Positions 44,060-45,226 of a stretch of DNA of 45,226 bases are shown piece after piece. Position numbers and translations under genes: made by a program. Origin of the DNA: a virus; IMG/VR virus record IMGVR_UViG_3300045988_098743, positions 1-45,226 of that record. One strand, 5' to 3'. The notes beneath the pieces were generated by a model. That model was not told the origin of the DNA. It saw nothing but the letters and a program-made list of their open reading frames with translations, and made no database searches. How positions within the stretch are numbered: position 1 is the first letter of the stretch; each line of letters begins with the position of its first letter.

Positions 44060-45145
44060 TTATTCTCCTAATTGTTTTATTAATTTAAATGCCTCTTCTA
44101 TTGTTTTGTCCATATCAAAATATTTATATTGTCCTAATCTTCCAGCAAATATAACTTTATCATTTTTAATTTTAGCATATTTTTGGTATAATTTTTCATT
44201 TTTTTTATCGTTTATAGGATAATAAGCGTTTTCTCCATCATATTTACAAGGATATTCCTTTGTTATTATAGTTTTTTTACTTATACAATTAGCAAAATGT
44301 TTATGTTCTATAATTCTAGTATAAGGTATTCGCTTCTCTGTATAATTTATTACTGCATTGCCTTGAAAATTTTCTACATTTAAAGTTTCTTCTTGAAAAC
44401 GTAAACTACGGTATTCAAGTTTACCATAAATATAGTCATAATAAGCATCTATTTGCCCTGTGTAAATTATCTTTTTACATTTATTATTATAATATTCTTT
44501 ATTTTTTATATAATCTCTATTAAGTTTCACATCTATGCCTTTTAACATGTTTTGAATTATAGTTGTATATCCGTGTTCTGGTATACCTTGGAATTTAGCA
44601 TTAAAATAGTTATTATTATAGGTTAATCTTACTGGAAGTCTTTTTATGATAGATGCTGGTAATTTTTTACACTTTTTGCCCCATTGTTTTTCTGTATATC
44701 CTTTAATTAAAATTTTATAAACATCTTTGCCCACCATAGAGATTGCTTGTTCTTCTAAATTAGTAATTTTTTTTATTTTTCTTTTTTGTTTATTTATTTT
44801 ATCTAAAACTTTTTTTGGAGTATTTGTATTTTTCCATATTTTAGTAAAAGTGTTCATATTAAATGGTAAATTATAAACTTTATTTTTATAAATTGCTATT
44901 GGCTCATTTATAAAACTATTAAATTTATCAAATTTATTTATATAATCCCAAACGTCTTTATTATTAGTATGAAATATATGAGCACCATATTTATGTATAT
45001 AAATATTATGTTTTTTCTCTGTATATATATTTCCACCAATATGATTTCTTTTATCTATAACTAAACACTTTTTCCCTCTATCGGTTAACTCTCTAGCCAC
45101 TATACTTCCATATAATCCTGCTCCTACAATTAAATAATCATACAT
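44060..45145 (-). CDS. glf: UDP-galactopyranose mutase
   Basis: - Near full-length match to Glf: MYDYLIVGAGLYGS FAD-binding motif, HIGGNIYT, HKYGAHIFHT, NLEEQAISMVGKDVY, IKGYTEKQWG, YTRIIEHKHF, YYPINDKKN.
- Probable start at ATG 45145; the track's TTG at 45148 is 1 codon upstream. Confidence 0.9.
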   Translation of the reverse strand: MYDYLIVGAGLYGSIVARELTDRGKKCLVIDKRNHIGGNIYTEKKHNIYIHKYGAHIFHTNNKDVWDYINKFDKFNSFINEPIAIYKNKVYNLPFNMNTFTKIWKNTNTPKKVLDKINKQKRKIKKITNLEEQAISMVGKDVYKILIKGYTEKQWGKKCKKLPASIIKRLPVRLTYNNNYFNAKFQGIPEHGYTTIIQNMLKGIDVKLNRDYIKNKEYYNNKCKKIIYTGQIDAYYDYIYGKLEYRSLRFQEETLNVENFQGNAVINYTEKRIPYTRIIEHKHFANCISKKTIITKEYPCKYDGENAYYPINDKKNEKLYQKYAKIKNDKVIFAGRLGQYKYFDMDKTIEEAFKLIKQLGE

Positions 45146-45149
45146 CAAA

Positions 45150-45226
45150 TTACCTCTTCTTTTATTTTTATTTCAGTTTCTTTTTTAGTTTTATATTTTT
45201 TAAATAAGTTTATCATTTTTTTATTT
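45150..45226. repeat. terminal direct repeat copy (equals 1-77); also carries the 3' end of the glycosyltransferase gene (stop at 45147..45145)
   Basis: Exact identity with the window start. Confidence 0.9.

Noticed and set aside
1-45226. CRISPR array, diversity-generating retroelement, retron
   Set aside because: - No spaced direct repeats of CRISPR type.
- No reverse transcriptase ORF.
- The only tandem repeats are the 3 iterons and the promoter duplications.

Overview
The window is an AT-rich (about 27-30% GC) siphovirus-type phage genome of a low-GC Firmicute host. The codon usage, AGGAGG ribosome-binding sites and tRNA sequence suggest a Clostridia-like host. Essentially every convincing gene is on the minus strand. 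The first 77 bp are identical to the last 77 bp (1-77 = 45150-45226), which is the signature of a circular contig reported with a k-mer overlap. The unique genome is therefore about 45,149 bp, and it is complete and circularly closed.

Gene order on the minus strand, following transcription from high to low coordinates:
- Packaging and head: putative small terminase, PBSX-type large terminase, SPP1-like portal, head morphogenesis protein, a GIY-YIG and an HNH homing endonuclease, a ~1.1 kb ORF-free structured region (36361-37444), late promoter, scaffold, major capsid, connectors.
- Tail: major tail protein, two chaperones (G/T-like), tape measure, distal tail and fiber proteins including a collar-domain fiber.
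- Accessory ('moron') block: membrane, Cys/Gln-rich and C1q-like proteins, each with its own terminator.
- tRNA-Cys and lysis: tRNA-Cys(GCA), holin, M23-peptidase endolysin.
- Early block: an sRNA-like promoter/terminator unit, then about 20 small genes driven by a 4-copy conserved promoter family.
- Recombination and replication: RHH and HTH regulators, replisome organizer with internal iterons, two SSBs, a Rad52-like annealing protein, an SPFH protein.
- RNA repair and sugar enzymes: a kinase-phosphatase-ligase (Pnkp-like), DUF1064, ParB-like protein, a glycosyltransferase, and UDP-galactopyranose mutase (glf). These wrap around the contig ends.

No integrase, DNA polymerase, primase or helicase was recognised.

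The most interesting candidates are:
- a promoter/terminator-bracketed, GC-enriched, ORF-free 1.1 kb element flanked by two homing endonucleases, proposed as a large structured ncRNA;
- a phage-borne Pnkp-like RNA repair enzyme;
- a glf plus glycosyltransferase sugar-modification operon;
- a CCC-AGA +1 frameshift site joining the two tail chaperone ORFs.
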